A stretch of 64,000 nt of DNA from a phage: sequence record PX441839.1. One strand, written 5' to 3'. A model generated the notes under the pieces. That model ran no database searches and was not told where the DNA came from. It worked only from the letters and a program-made list of their open reading frames with translations. Positions 1 to 9,259 of the stretch are shown piece by piece. The first letter of the stretch is position 1, and every line of letters starts with the position of its first letter. The translations under genes were made by a program, and so were the position numbers.

Positions 1-768
1 CGCTTTGTCCTTTGTGCTGTTCAAACGTCGATAGCTCACCTGACCGCAACAAGAGGCAGAGATCCGCAGAGCTTCTTCCTCCGTCAGCATCACAGGGGTG
101 TCATTCTCATCAAGTACACAGTACCCTTCAAAGATGTGTTCATCCTCTCCCTCTCCGTCACCAAATCCGTAAACGTGGTCAACGTAAGGTGTGTGCCAAG
201 TACCCGTTTGTAGTAATTCAGGTTCGGAATTTTCCAGAGCCTCTTTCATGAGGCTAGCTAGGACCTCAATAGTTGGATCTGCATCTGCATCCACACGCAG
301 CCACAGGAAGTTATCCATTTCTGTTGTGGTCATCACAGTCTTCATCATCTGGAATGGCTCAATCAGTCGATTAGCGATCTGCTTGTGATACCCAGCATCA
401 TCAAAAGCTTGAGCAAAGTCACATGCTCGATATGCCGCCGCCGCCCATGCCTCTCGACCAGTTACCTTATTGCATCGATCGATTGTTACAAGAGAGTCGT
501 GCTCAACACCCTTGTCCTGCATACCTGGCTGGTTAGAACCAAAACGGACAGGCATTGCCATATTTTCTTTGATTAGCTTAATCATCGTTTTGATCGGCAC
601 AGCGCGGGATGACATAGCGTTACGACTGAATAAACGGTGCGTCATAAACTCACTGTGGATAATTCGAGGGTACGTTAACTCAAAAGTTGTAATTCGACCA
701 CCACGCTCTCCAATTGAATCAGCAATGATCTGAACTTTAATGTTTTCACGACTAAATACCTGACCCAT
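1..768 (-). CDS. thyX: flavin-dependent thymidylate synthase (ThyX-like), 3' end cut by window edge
   Basis: Open minus-strand frame from ATG at 766-768 to position 1 (no stop in window, so absent from ORF track); my translation MGQVFSRENIKVQIIADSIGERGGRITTFELTYPRIIHSEFMTHRLFSRNAMSSR contains a ThyX-type xHR-x7-S motif; start overlaps stop of upstream gene. Confidence 0.45.
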   Translation of the reverse strand, partial: MGQVFSRENIKVQIIADSIGERGGRITTFELTYPRIIHSEFMTHRLFSRNAMSSRAVPIKTMIKLIKENMAMPVRFGSNQPGMQDKGVEHDSLVTIDRCNKVTGREAWAAAAYRACDFAQAFDDAGYHKQIANRLIEPFQMMKTVMTTTEMDNFLWLRVDADADPTIEVLASLMKEALENSEPELLQTGTWHTPYVDHVYGFGDGEGEDEHIFEGYCVLDENDTPVMLTEEEALRISASCCGQVSYRRLNSTKDKA

Positions 769-1004
769 TATAACCCCTCTTCATTATATTTTAACATTTC
801 TGCCACAGTCGTTGGCAAACCACCGAGTTCAACTAACCAGTTTCCTCGTTCACCTACGCTTTTAACACTTTCAATACCTGTGTTACCTTGATCCTTAATT
901 TCCATAAGGACAGATAACACATCGAGTGAGTCACCTTCCATCCGTAACCAGCCATCGATGTATAAACCTTCCCACTCATCACCTTGGAAATATACGATCT
1001 TCAT
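768..1004 (-). CDS. hypothetical protein (78 aa)
   Basis: ORF track; co-oriented, stop overlaps thyX start. Confidence 0.4.
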   Translation of the reverse strand: MKIVYFQGDEWEGLYIDGWLRMEGDSLDVLSVLMEIKDQGNTGIESVKSVGERGNWLVELGGLPTTVAEMLKYNEEGL

Positions 1005-1186
1005 CTCATCTTCCTCATTCTGTAAGGAACCGCAACATTATGCCTTACTGCTAGGTATGTGTCAAACATTTCCTTACACATATCCCTTGTTACCTTAAAA
1101 GAGGCGAGGAGATCGCCACTCTCCTCACTATAAACCTCTACGTGTTCACCATACCTTACAACCCACCTTCCCTTTCCACACCTCAC
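1001..1186 (-). CDS. hypothetical protein (61 aa)
   Basis: ORF track; 4-nt overlaps with both neighbours. Confidence 0.35.
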   Translation of the reverse strand: MRCGKGRWVVRYGEHVEVYSEESGDLLASFKVTRDMCKEMFDTYLAVRHNVAVPYRMRKMR

Positions 1187-1791
1187 AGTGTTTCCTCAAG
1201 GAATTTTCCAATGTCTTCCCACTTGTAGCTTTCAAAATCGTACTTTACACGAGGGGCCACTTCCTGACTATACGGGGTCAAGAATTTAACTTTAATAACA
1301 TCATCACTAAACTGATTGAGGAAGTTATTACGGTCATCAATAATTACCCCTCCAGCAACACCAGCCTTAACCTTTGTGGCATAAAAACCAGACCCATCTG
1401 ATCCTTTGTCCAAGTCAAGGAACGGGAAGTGATATTTCAAGAATCTCACTTTACTGCTGAAATGGCCCTTTTTGCAGTAAGATACAAAACGGATCGGGTG
1501 CCCAGCGTCATGAAGGCGTTTTATTACCTCAACACAATTAGTGTACGGCTTTAACTTATCGTACAGGTACGGGTCTTCCCAAAACTCGTATGGCCCAATC
1601 TGCTTTTTACATGCCGATGGGAAGTATCGGGAAAGATTATAATCAAAGAACCCTTTTGTATCTCGGTCCTCTATCATCAATCCATAATCCGCCGGAGTCT
1701 TATACACATCTTCCATCCAATCCAGCCATGCATTACCAGAGTCAACTACCGTCAGATCCACGTCAACAAGAATGGCTACTTTATTTTGCAT
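1183..1791 (-). CDS. HAD-superfamily phosphatase, putative 5'-deoxynucleotidase
   Basis: N-terminal ILVDVDLTVVDS matches HAD motif I (DxDxT/V); 202 aa. Confidence 0.5.
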   Translation of the reverse strand: MQNKVAILVDVDLTVVDSGNAWLDWMEDVYKTPADYGLMIEDRDTKGFFDYNLSRYFPSACKKQIGPYEFWEDPYLYDKLKPYTNCVEVIKRLHDAGHPIRFVSYCKKGHFSSKVRFLKYHFPFLDLDKGSDGSGFYATKVKAGVAGGVIIDDRNNFLNQFSDDVIKVKFLTPYSQEVAPRVKYDFESYKWEDIGKFLEETL

Positions 1792-2428
1792 TTAGGGTGT
1801 CCTCCATGAAATTGATAATTTCTTGTGCCGTCTCTGACACTTGGCCTTCACAGTTAGTAATGTCTGTTTCGTAAGGCTGACATTTCCGAGGAAACTCGCT
1901 GGAATAGATATATCTCCGAGAGTCTCCAGAAAAATCATACTCAGTCCCATCCTCTTTGAAACGGTGGATTCGTACCAGGAGATAGTTATCGGCACCTACC
2001 TGATTTACAACTGGAACAGATTCTTCCACGAACCCACCATCAGATACTACAACTACAATCTTCCTCGTTTCTCCGTATAACTCTTTTGCTAAGTTTTCAA
2101 GTTTTTTGGCAAAAGCTTTACCAAAAACATCGTTTCCGAACATAGGCTTCATTACGTTCTCTGAACAGTGGATCATCCATTGCCGTGGGGAAACATTCTT
2201 TCCATTTATCTGCAAGAATGGAACAGGCGTCTCTTTGTATTCTCTCTCATATAAAGCATCCCACAGTTTTCGGGTGATACCAGAAATTCTAACAGCCGCC
2301 TCAAACAGAAGCTCTTTAAACTCCATGTGTACAACATGGTACTCATTTGGATCAAGAAGTTTTTCAATTTCCTGACAAATGGTGTCTTTACCTGCCTTAG
2401 GTGGTGCATTCAGGTTTACGATAATCAT
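1781..2428 (-). CDS. P-loop kinase, deoxynucleoside monophosphate kinase-like
   Basis: N-terminus MIIVNLNAPPKAGKDT resembles T4 gp1 dNMP kinase GVKRSGKDT P-loop. Confidence 0.5.
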   Translation of the reverse strand: MIIVNLNAPPKAGKDTICQEIEKLLDPNEYHVVHMEFKELLFEAAVRISGITRKLWDALYEREYKETPVPFLQINGKNVSPRQWMIHCSENVMKPMFGNDVFGKAFAKKLENLAKELYGETRKIVVVVSDGGFVEESVPVVNQVGADNYLLVRIHRFKEDGTEYDFSGDSRRYIYSSEFPRKCQPYETDITNCEGQVSETAQEIINFMEDTLNAK

Positions 2429-2489
2429 CTCTTTCTCCTCTCCAGAATGTGTTGACTATTATACGCAACTGTTGACATATGTCAATAAA

Positions 2490-2515
2490 AAACCGCCCCG
2501 AAGGGCGGTTAAAAT
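2490..2515 (-). terminator. rho-independent terminator
   Basis: hairpin ACCGCCC-CGAA-GGGCGGT followed by T-run on minus strand, just downstream of exonuclease gene. Confidence 0.55.
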
Positions 2516-3561
2516 TAGAGAATGTTCGCCAGCGTCTTTTTCATCGCTGCCTTCTCGCGAACGTTCTTACGATCACGGGCACAAGAACCGCAACCTTGAC
2601 AACGGTAAACCTTAAACTTAGACAGATAGGTCGTTGCAAATTTACCCTTCTCCTCAACCATCTGATCCGACCCACAACGAACACACCGCATTACTGACTG
2701 GTCAGGATGGAACAGAGAGATGTTCGGGTGCTTTTTCATCCAAGGACGAACAGTTAAATACAGTTCTTCCAGCGTTGGGATGTCACCAATGTTATATGTT
2801 TCCATCTCTTCAAATGCAGAAGGATCTCCCTCTACGCAACGTCGCCACAGGTTGAAACCCTCATGGGACAGTTTACGGCTATCCAGTTCAAAATAGTTAC
2901 AGGCGGCTTCCAGCGCATTAGAGGGTAATGAAAATGCCTCTTTAAGTGCTTTCAAAGTGTCAATAACAACATAAGGACTCGGTGGCTTCATGCCGTAAAA
3001 TGCGAAACGTTGGTTTGCCCAGCCTTGGTCAAATCGTGCATTATGGGCAATAAAGATATCACATTCGTCGAGAATCTTCCACAGGTCTTCAACAAGCTTA
3101 CGATCTGATCGATGATCTCGGCTAAACTCTTCTGGGTAATCTGTCAGCTTCCGGCTGAAAATTGAAGGGTTGTGCAACCATTTCCCCGCAAAGGTGAGCA
3201 TGTACGGTTCCATAATTACCTGCTTCGGCGCAATAAATTGCTTAAATCGTCCAAACGAGTAAGCGATAGATGGTGATGTTTCAACATCTCCCAAGAACAC
3301 TTTTGCACCTGCTGCCTTCTGCTTTACACTCTCGATAAACTCAAGATCCTCCGGCGCAAAAGAACTCTCCGCCGATCCCTCACTTACCTTTAAGAGATCT
3401 ACTACGTTGTCAACTTCATAACGGGCCATTTCCCGACGAAGCATGTTACGAACAGTTGATTCTTGGGATTCTTTACCCAAGGTACGGGCAACCTCACGCT
3501 GGGACAGGCCAGCCTTCATAAGTTCCAGGACCTGCTCAATAGTGAATGTTACATTTGCCAT
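2515..3561 (-). CDS. DEDDh-type 3'-5' exonuclease with N-terminal HTH and C-terminal zinc ribbon
   Basis: Exo I-like GDVETSP, Exo II-like IFIAHNARFDQGW; N-terminal LSQREVARTLG helix-turn-helix; C-terminal CVRCG...CQGCGSC. Confidence 0.5.
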   Translation of the reverse strand: MANVTFTIEQVLELMKAGLSQREVARTLGKESQESTVRNMLRREMARYEVDNVVDLLKVSEGSAESSFAPEDLEFIESVKQKAAGAKVFLGDVETSPSIAYSFGRFKQFIAPKQVIMEPYMLTFAGKWLHNPSIFSRKLTDYPEEFSRDHRSDRKLVEDLWKILDECDIFIAHNARFDQGWANQRFAFYGMKPPSPYVVIDTLKALKEAFSLPSNALEAACNYFELDSRKLSHEGFNLWRRCVEGDPSAFEEMETYNIGDIPTLEELYLTVRPWMKKHPNISLFHPDQSVMRCVRCGSDQMVEEKGKFATTYLSKFKVYRCQGCGSCARDRKNVREKAAMKKTLANIL

Positions 3562-3580
3562 GCTTTAAATCTCCTCGGTG

Positions 3581-3811
3581 TTATACAAACTCAATAATGT
3601 CCTTTACAGCATAATCACGCAGGTCTTGCTTATCTACGTCAAAAGCTTTTATGAACCACTGACTGCCTTTATGATACGGACTCTCTCCGTACCAAAACAT
3701 AGGAACTCCCTCAATTGTGCGGTATCCGCACTCCCCTTTCCAATTCCGATAAAAGAACCGAATGTTTGGGCTGTCCATACCTGAGTACAAACTTCGATCA
3801 ATGTTGCTCAT
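3581..3811 (-). CDS. hypothetical protein
   Basis: ORF track 3581..3850 begins at a TTG; first ATG (MSNIDRS) with upstream GGAGG taken as start. Confidence 0.35.
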   Translation of the reverse strand: MSNIDRSLYSGMDSPNIRFFYRNWKGECGYRTIEGVPMFWYGESPYHKGSQWFIKAFDVDKQDLRDYAVKDIIEFV

Positions 3812-4370
3812 ATAGATAGTTGTCCTCCAATTGTCTGATGAACTCAGCAAGGTATTGCTGGATCATTTCCACCTTTTCAAGATCTTCACTTATGCTAATC
3901 CCGAGATTATTCATGGCGTTTCTGGATATTGTTTCCTTGGTTCTTGACCGAAGGGCCTTTTTCAAATCCTTGAGTATATCGTCATGGAAAGGTTTGTCGG
4001 AATTGTCCTGCTCAAGATAGTCTGCCAGTCTACGAAGGGCTTCACTCATCGTGATTTCCGTTTTCCCCTCTAGATGTTTAGACCACAGCTTTTGAACACT
4101 TCCTTCAAACATGTTTAATTCGGAACCAATAACTCCTCTACACTTGCCATCGAAGTGGTCATGGTCCAAACAAGGCTTATCCATTGGCTCTTTTAGTATA
4201 GCACAAACACCGCCTTGTTCGTCAAGAAGTTTTTTACGGTATGCCGTAAGTTTTGCACCAGCAACCCAATTACTTCTGTCGTAATCAACCTTGATCGGCT
4301 TAGTTACCTTTTCCTTCGATGTAAACCTTCGCGTCGTTGATCGCCCTGATTTCCTCATTCGTCTTGCCAC
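3798..4370 (-). CDS. recombination endonuclease VII-like (T4 gp49 family) nuclease
   Basis: GGVCAILKEPMDKPCLDHDHFDGKCRGVIGSELNMFEG matches the T4 endo VII C..C...HLDHDH...G.VRGL.C..CN..EG signature. Confidence 0.55.
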   Translation of the reverse strand: MARRMRKSGRSTTRRFTSKEKVTKPIKVDYDRSNWVAGAKLTAYRKKLLDEQGGVCAILKEPMDKPCLDHDHFDGKCRGVIGSELNMFEGSVQKLWSKHLEGKTEITMSEALRRLADYLEQDNSDKPFHDDILKDLKKALRSRTKETISRNAMNNLGISISEDLEKVEMIQQYLAEFIRQLEDNYLYEQH

Positions 4371-4953
4371 CGATACCCTCCATCATGACAGCAAAAAGAA
4401 ATTCTTCCCTTGTTGGATTAAAGGGATCTTCAAAATACTCAACCATCCCCCTTCTGAAAAGGCTTATGGGGAAATTGAAAGAGTCTGTCAATGATCTGCT
4501 GTCGGGACTCACTTCCTCCAGAAAACGTGACCTGCCTCGTAGTGTAAAACTCAGGAGGTTCTTCTCAAAAACATCACAACCTTCTGCCCTGATCCTTCCA
4601 CGAAGTATATCTATCTCCTCGGTATCATTAAGATCCTTTAAAGATCTTGTTGTTGCCAACACCTCCGAGATTTCCAATCCTCTTAAACGAGAATACCAAC
4701 AATGAGATATTGTGCTTATTGTTTGTATTTCATACGCCTTGTTGAACAGTGTATCATGTACCCTAACAGAGTAGCTCGGTCCATTCATCCTGAACTTTAT
4801 TCCAATCTCCTTGTCAAATACACTGCTCAACTCCCAGAGAATACTTTTCCTCTCTGTTGAGTCACGACAGACGATGTACTTTAGGGATGCTTGATCTTTA
4901 ATGCTTTCCCAATTCAGTTCTGAATCCCATTCGCTCAATGAAACACCTCCCAA
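4300..4953 (-). CDS. hypothetical protein (217 aa)
   Basis: ORF track; overlaps both flanking genes by more than 50 nt. Confidence 0.4.
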   Translation of the reverse strand: MGGVSLSEWDSELNWESIKDQASLKYIVCRDSTERKSILWELSSVFDKEIGIKFRMNGPSYSVRVHDTLFNKAYEIQTISTISHCWYSRLRGLEISEVLATTRSLKDLNDTEEIDILRGRIRAEGCDVFEKNLLSFTLRGRSRFLEEVSPDSRSLTDSFNFPISLFRRGMVEYFEDPFNPTREEFLFAVMMEGIGGKTNEEIRAINDAKVYIEGKGN

Positions 4954-5497
4954 TCAAATAGGCATCTGCCAGATCTGTTGAACCACCGTTTTTACCGCTC
5001 TTGGTGTATCCGTCCAAAAAGCCAGGATTCAACATCTCGCAAACCTTCATCATCTCATCCTTACCCATTTTAATCTTTACCATCTTACCTTTTTCATTGA
5101 GGTATTCTTGGTCTTGACCGGGCAATTGGTTACGTGCCCAAGACTTAACAGATGTCGGGGCAACCGTGTGGATCTTGTCCATAGTAAAGCCACTGTTCAG
5201 CAATGTCAACTGAATAATGAAAAACAAACCTGCCAGATCGCGGGTAGCATTACCTGCTGAACCAAAGCTGAGAGATTCAAGGACGACATACTCAGCATTG
5301 AATGATTTAGCCACTCCTGCAATTTTATCTGCGATATACTGCATTTGTTGAACTGGGTGGTCAAACTTAATCTGCCACGGCTTCGGTGTTCCTGAACCTG
5401 TTGTGTGGAGAACCTCCTTGAAGATTGGGACACCGTCTTCAAGAATTGTATATGCACAGGATGCCATACTCTGATCTATTGATAATACTCTCATTTT
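4898..5497 (-). CDS. RuvC-like Holliday junction resolvase
   Basis: MRVLSIDQS... N-terminus after AGGAG RBS; C-terminal DLADAYLIG resembles RuvC DAADALAIA; start refined from track 5584 to internal ATG. Confidence 0.5.
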   Translation of the reverse strand, partial: KMRVLSIDQSMASCAYTILEDGVPIFKEVLHTTGSGTPKPWQIKFDHPVQQMQYIADKIAGVAKSFNAEYVVLESLSFGSAGNATRDLAGLFFIIQLTLLNSGFTMDKIHTVAPTSVKSWARNQLPGQDQEYLNEKGKMVKIKMGKDEMMKVCEMLNPGFLDGYTKSGKNGGSTDLADAYLIGRCFIERMGFRTELGKH

Positions 5498-5795
5498 ATT
5501 CTCCTGTGGAGTGATATTTTTCCAAAATAAACACGTACTGTACGTACCGTTTATCGATCTCGTCATAAATACCAAACATAGCATACTTATCCCCCTTTAC
5601 AGGGGGTTCCATCAAGTATATGGCGCACTCATTACCTTGTTCATTATTCCACACAACAACCCAAGGATCTTCTTTCATTGTCCAAGGCTTATCAATAATG
5701 TAGATCATCTTACGTTCCCCTGGAACAAGACTTGCTCGTACATCATCTGCACGAAGCATACTCTCAACTTGCTCGTCAAAACTCGGTAAGGCCAT
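5496..5795 (-). CDS. hypothetical protein (99 aa)
   Basis: ORF track; co-oriented in operon. Confidence 0.4.
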   Translation of the reverse strand: MALPSFDEQVESMLRADDVRASLVPGERKMIYIIDKPWTMKEDPWVVVWNNEQGNECAIYLMEPPVKGDKYAMFGIYDEIDKRYVQYVFILEKYHSTGE

Positions 5796-6904
5796 TATAT
5801 TGCTCCCACTCTCTTAAGTACACTTGAAAGGGTTGTTGGGTCATTATATTCCCTCTTCATGTATACCGATTGAAAAATAACAGATGCCCACTGACCTGCT
5901 GTAAACTTCCGATCAATACCCATGTGGTCTGTGAAATGAACACCATCAGGGAACCACATCTTATACTGATTGATTATTGTTGTCCACATTTCTTTTTCCG
6001 TTTTACACCCAGCAAGGAGCTTAAATGCGGACACTTCCCCAAATTTAATATCGAAGTTCTGATACGGCTTGACGTTATCTGCACTATCCCCAAACAACAT
6101 CTGATAGCCAAAGAACAGTTGGCCCCATCCTTTAACCTTGTTGTTGTCCATCCAAATCTCACCCATAGATTCATCGATCAACCAACACTCAGGGTGTTTC
6201 CAGGTTCTCTCGTTTGAGTCTCGCATGGAGTTGAACAGAAGAGACGGAACTTGAACTTGGTCTTTATCGAAGGATGCTACAATGTGACTGAACTTTCCAG
6301 TCTTTTTGTAATTCATATACCCCTTGTACCCAAGTATGGACAGGTAATCGTCTGCCTCGATACCGTCAATAACTACCGCCCCGTACTTACGAACAACATA
6401 ATCCCGAGTCTCTTGCAGTAGGAGTGGTCGAATAGAATCTTCTCGGTTCCCCTTATAGATCTCAGGTGTAGGCAATGCCAATCTGAAATTACCACTTCCG
6501 CCCAAAACCCCGTGACCATTTGGACATTCAAGATGTTCAAGAATTGCGTTAATCTTTATCTTCAAAAGGTGTAGGCAGTTTTCAACTGGTTCTGGTGTTT
6601 GCTTATCAAGGATTTCGAAATCATCCCTTGTCCAAGGTACAAATTTACGACCGGAAGCTAAACACTGAGCCTCTCGGTTAATATTCTGATCCTTTAACCA
6701 CCCACCAACAACATTCTTCTGACGACCCCAGAACTCGGTTTTATTTTTAAATTCCTTCTCAGCACCAGACTTCTTGTGTCGGGCAATGATAGTTCTTTTT
6801 TCTGCACCTGCCGCCGCAACATAACATGTTTGGTCAAGATCAAGTGCAACAACCACATCGTCTGTTACAATACTTTTAAGATCCTTCACTACGGGATAAC
6901 CCAT
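5795..6904 (-). CDS. 5'-3' exonuclease / flap endonuclease (FEN, RNase H-like)
   Basis: GIEADDYLSILG matches the 5'-3' exonuclease G.EADD motif; 369 aa. Confidence 0.6.
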   Translation of the reverse strand: MGYPVVKDLKSIVTDDVVVALDLDQTCYVAAAGAEKRTIIARHKKSGAEKEFKNKTEFWGRQKNVVGGWLKDQNINREAQCLASGRKFVPWTRDDFEILDKQTPEPVENCLHLLKIKINAILEHLECPNGHGVLGGSGNFRLALPTPEIYKGNREDSIRPLLLQETRDYVVRKYGAVVIDGIEADDYLSILGYKGYMNYKKTGKFSHIVASFDKDQVQVPSLLFNSMRDSNERTWKHPECWLIDESMGEIWMDNNKVKGWGQLFFGYQMLFGDSADNVKPYQNFDIKFGEVSAFKLLAGCKTEKEMWTTIINQYKMWFPDGVHFTDHMGIDRKFTAGQWASVIFQSVYMKREYNDPTTLSSVLKRVGAI

Positions 6905-7074
6905 TACTGACTCCCCCTCTGTTTCTTGATAAAATGTTCCAGCACAGAAATAACCTTGTTGGCGTCCTCTATGCTTTTTATGTATACAACGTCAACCTGA
7001 TCCTCATCTCTCTCCACAATCGAAACGTAATCCTTTCCTACCCCATTCTTCCGTATTTCTGCCTTAATGATCAC
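6904..7074 (-). CDS. hypothetical small protein (about 56 aa)
   Basis: Below ORF-track size cut-off; hand-translated GTG-start frame fills an otherwise empty 160-nt gap; stop overlaps FEN start. Confidence 0.25.
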   Translation of the reverse strand: MIIKAEIRKNGVGKDYVSIVERDEDQVDVVYIKSIEDANKVISVLEHFIKKQRGSQ

Positions 7075-7255
7075 TTCTCAACCCCCTTGCAACCTCTATA
7101 AACTCACTCGCTTTTCGGATGATCTCCTCAGCTTCCACAATGCAACTTATAAACACCGTGTCAGGGTTATCACCATAGTCTTGGGATATGCAAAGATAAA
7201 CATCATCCTTTCCGCAAACCTTTGTCTTAACCAACTCTACCTCTGTATAACTCAA
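7064..7255 (-). CDS. hypothetical protein (63 aa)
   Basis: ORF track. Confidence 0.35.
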   Translation of the reverse strand: MSYTEVELVKTKVCGKDDVYLCISQDYGDNPDTVFISCIVEAEEIIRKASEFIEVARGLRSDH

Positions 7256-7755
7256 AATGCATCCCCCATCTCATCTTCTGGTGCGGTAGGACGCTTGAAC
7301 TTAAAGTCAGGCCCCATGTACTCTGATAGATAGTCGATGTTCAGTGACCACTCCTGCTGGCTACGCCTACGCCACAATTCAAACTCACCTTTCATGTAGG
7401 AGATGGCCTGATCTCTAGTGATCCCGTTAACCTTCATGAACTGGCGCAGCATACGTTCAACTTTCCCGTTTCTTTCTGCCAAACCTGGGTGGTGAAATTC
7501 ATGACATGGTGGACAAAGACTCATTATCCCAACAAGTCTTACTTCACCATTTGCAAACTCCCAATCCTCGTGTGCTTCCACTGGGTGTTTTCTGCCGTTA
7601 CCGCCTTGTCCACCACAAATCTGACATTTGTAATTATTTTCTTGATAGCACTTTCTTCTGACCTTGTCCCACTGGGATGACGTAAGATAAGACCTAAGGT
7701 TGTTTCCCCACGCAGTCCGTGGGATAAGGCAAATTTTATGCTTTATGTTCACCAC
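7252..7755 (-). CDS. HNH-like zinc-binding nuclease (putative)
   Basis: CQICGG...HPVEAHEDW...LCPPCHEFHH resembles HNH C..C / H..H arrangement. Confidence 0.35.
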   Translation of the reverse strand: MVNIKHKICLIPRTAWGNNLRSYLTSSQWDKVRRKCYQENNYKCQICGGQGGNGRKHPVEAHEDWEFANGEVRLVGIMSLCPPCHEFHHPGLAERNGKVERMLRQFMKVNGITRDQAISYMKGEFELWRRRSQQEWSLNIDYLSEYMGPDFKFKRPTAPEDEMGDAF

Positions 7756-8023
7756 TTCCCCCTTTTACTTTATCAACTTCATCCAACAATTCAAGCATTC
7801 TCTTTTTCAAGGCTGCTTGTCCGTGCTTGTAGCAATTGGCGTCTATCTGGATCAGCTTGTTTTCTTTCTCCAAATGATCTATGTAATCTGCGGCAATAGC
7901 CAAACACTGCCTGTACACCAGATTTGCCCCTATCCCAGATGACAAGTCCCTAAGTACATCCTGTAATTTGTGAAACCCTTCTTTCATGGGGTGTCTGCAT
8001 ACGCAATTTGAACGAATATCCAT
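7736..8023 (-). CDS. hypothetical protein (95 aa)
   Basis: ORF track. Confidence 0.4.
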   Translation of the reverse strand: MDIRSNCVCRHPMKEGFHKLQDVLRDLSSGIGANLVYRQCLAIAADYIDHLEKENKLIQIDANCYKHGQAALKKRMLELLDEVDKVKGGSGEHKA

Positions 8024-8340
8024 CAGATCTTCCTAATAAGGTGGAAAGGAATATTAACTCGGCAATCTTTTGCCACCTTAAAGTCCAGAAAATGATCCAC
8101 CAAATAAATCAAGGACAGCCCGCTAAATTTATCGTCAAACACGGTAACATAATCGAACTCCGGCCCGAGAATATCTACCTTTTCGAAAATCTTATCCAGT
8201 GTGTCAATATTGTTGACTAATTCGCAAGACTCTGTTGGTAGATTTAGAGTCCATCGATTATTGATCGGCCCCTTCTCAAACTGAAAGAAGCCAGTTGCTT
8301 TTGCCATATCCACTGCACGAACCTCAAGAACATTTTTCAT
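8023..8340 (-). CDS. hypothetical protein
   Basis: ORF track 8023..8424; start moved to internal ATG that forms TAATG overlap with upstream stop. Confidence 0.35.
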   Translation of the reverse strand: MKNVLEVRAVDMAKATGFFQFEKGPINNRWTLNLPTESCELVNNIDTLDKIFEKVDILGPEFDYVTVFDDKFSGLSLIYLVDHFLDFKVAKDCRVNIPFHLIRKI

Positions 8341-8552
8341 TAGTTTCTCCAATAGATGTTTTGTCGTTTTATTTTTCTCTTCACCTCTTCGAGAGGCATT
8401 GCATAGAGTGTCCAAGATAACCATCTGTACTCTCCGCAGTTTACGTATGCGATAGTACCATCCTTACGCGGTTGAGAGTAGTATATGTTACCCTTTCTTA
8501 TCTCTTGTTGCAACCACTTATCATCTGCATTTCTAAGTTTGTAATATGCCAC
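8340..8552 (-). CDS. hypothetical protein (70 aa)
   Basis: ORF track. Confidence 0.35.
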   Translation of the reverse strand: MAYYKLRNADDKWLQQEIRKGNIYYSQPRKDGTIAYVNCGEYRWLSWTLYAMPLEEVKRKIKRQNIYWRN

Positions 8553-8926
8553 TAGTAGAGATCCTCACTATAAAGCTCATCCTTTGGACCACCCTTCTTA
8601 CGCCAGTGGTTCAACTGCCCAGAGTGCTCGGCGATGATAACAGCCTCTTCCCGAGTAAAGTAATTCCCCCATTGGTCGATGAAACCTTGGTCTTCTCCGT
8701 GAACATGATCCTTCACCAACTTGTCTCTGACTTGGTCAATAACCGCAGCCATATCCCTAGAGTAGTGACGAGCACCTGGGATGACTAGAGTACCACCCTC
8801 TTTAAGTTCAAACCTGTTTGCTGCACAAACGATCCGGCGCTGGAGTTTACGTCCGTCCCACCAGTGGGCTACCTGATAACAAATCTCTGGTAAGTCATCT
8901 CTAAGTTTTTCTTCGATAAAACTCAT
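8552..8926 (-). CDS. hypothetical protein (124 aa)
   Basis: ORF track. Confidence 0.4.
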   Translation of the reverse strand: MSFIEEKLRDDLPEICYQVAHWWDGRKLQRRIVCAANRFELKEGGTLVIPGARHYSRDMAAVIDQVRDKLVKDHVHGEDQGFIDQWGNYFTREEAVIIAEHSGQLNHWRKKGGPKDELYSEDLY

Positions 8927-8935
8927 ATCCTCACC

Positions 8936-9154
8936 TCACTCAAAGTATTTTTTAGATGGGCAAGAACCACCATATGATTTTTCAACAAATTCGGTATGGC
9001 GTCCGTTACTGTACACACAGACTTTGTGGTTTCCATCACGGTATTCGTCTTCCAGTGGAAGAGTGTTACCAGCATGAGCATCAGAAGATACAAACAGGAT
9101 GCACATAACGACGATTCCCGTAGCAACACCAAACAAGTAATTACGAATTTTCAT
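8936..9154 (-). CDS. small secreted protein with signal peptide
   Basis: N-terminal hydrophobic segment GVATGIVVMCILFVSSDAHA then AGN. Confidence 0.4.
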   Translation of the reverse strand: MKIRNYLFGVATGIVVMCILFVSSDAHAGNTLPLEDEYRDGNHKVCVYSNGRHTEFVEKSYGGSCPSKKYFE

Positions 9155-9221
9155 TTTTTATTTCCCCTTTGTTATCTTGTTGTAGATATTATACATATTT
9201 GTTGGAAGGAGTCAACTATTT

Positions 9222-9250
9222 TCACAAAAAGAAAACCGCCCCGAAGGGCG
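9222..9250 (-). terminator. rho-independent terminator
   Basis: same ACCGCCCCGAAGGGCGGT hairpin as at 2496, followed by T-run on minus strand. Confidence 0.55.
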
Positions 9251-9259
9251 GTATAAGAT

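Noticed and set aside
12-733. Four overlapping plus-strand ORFs (12..251, 191..388, 385..576, 470..733) at the window start
   Set aside because: They lie antisense to a continuous minus-strand frame with a ThyX-like motif that is co-oriented with the downstream operon; products are low-complexity and mutually overlapping.
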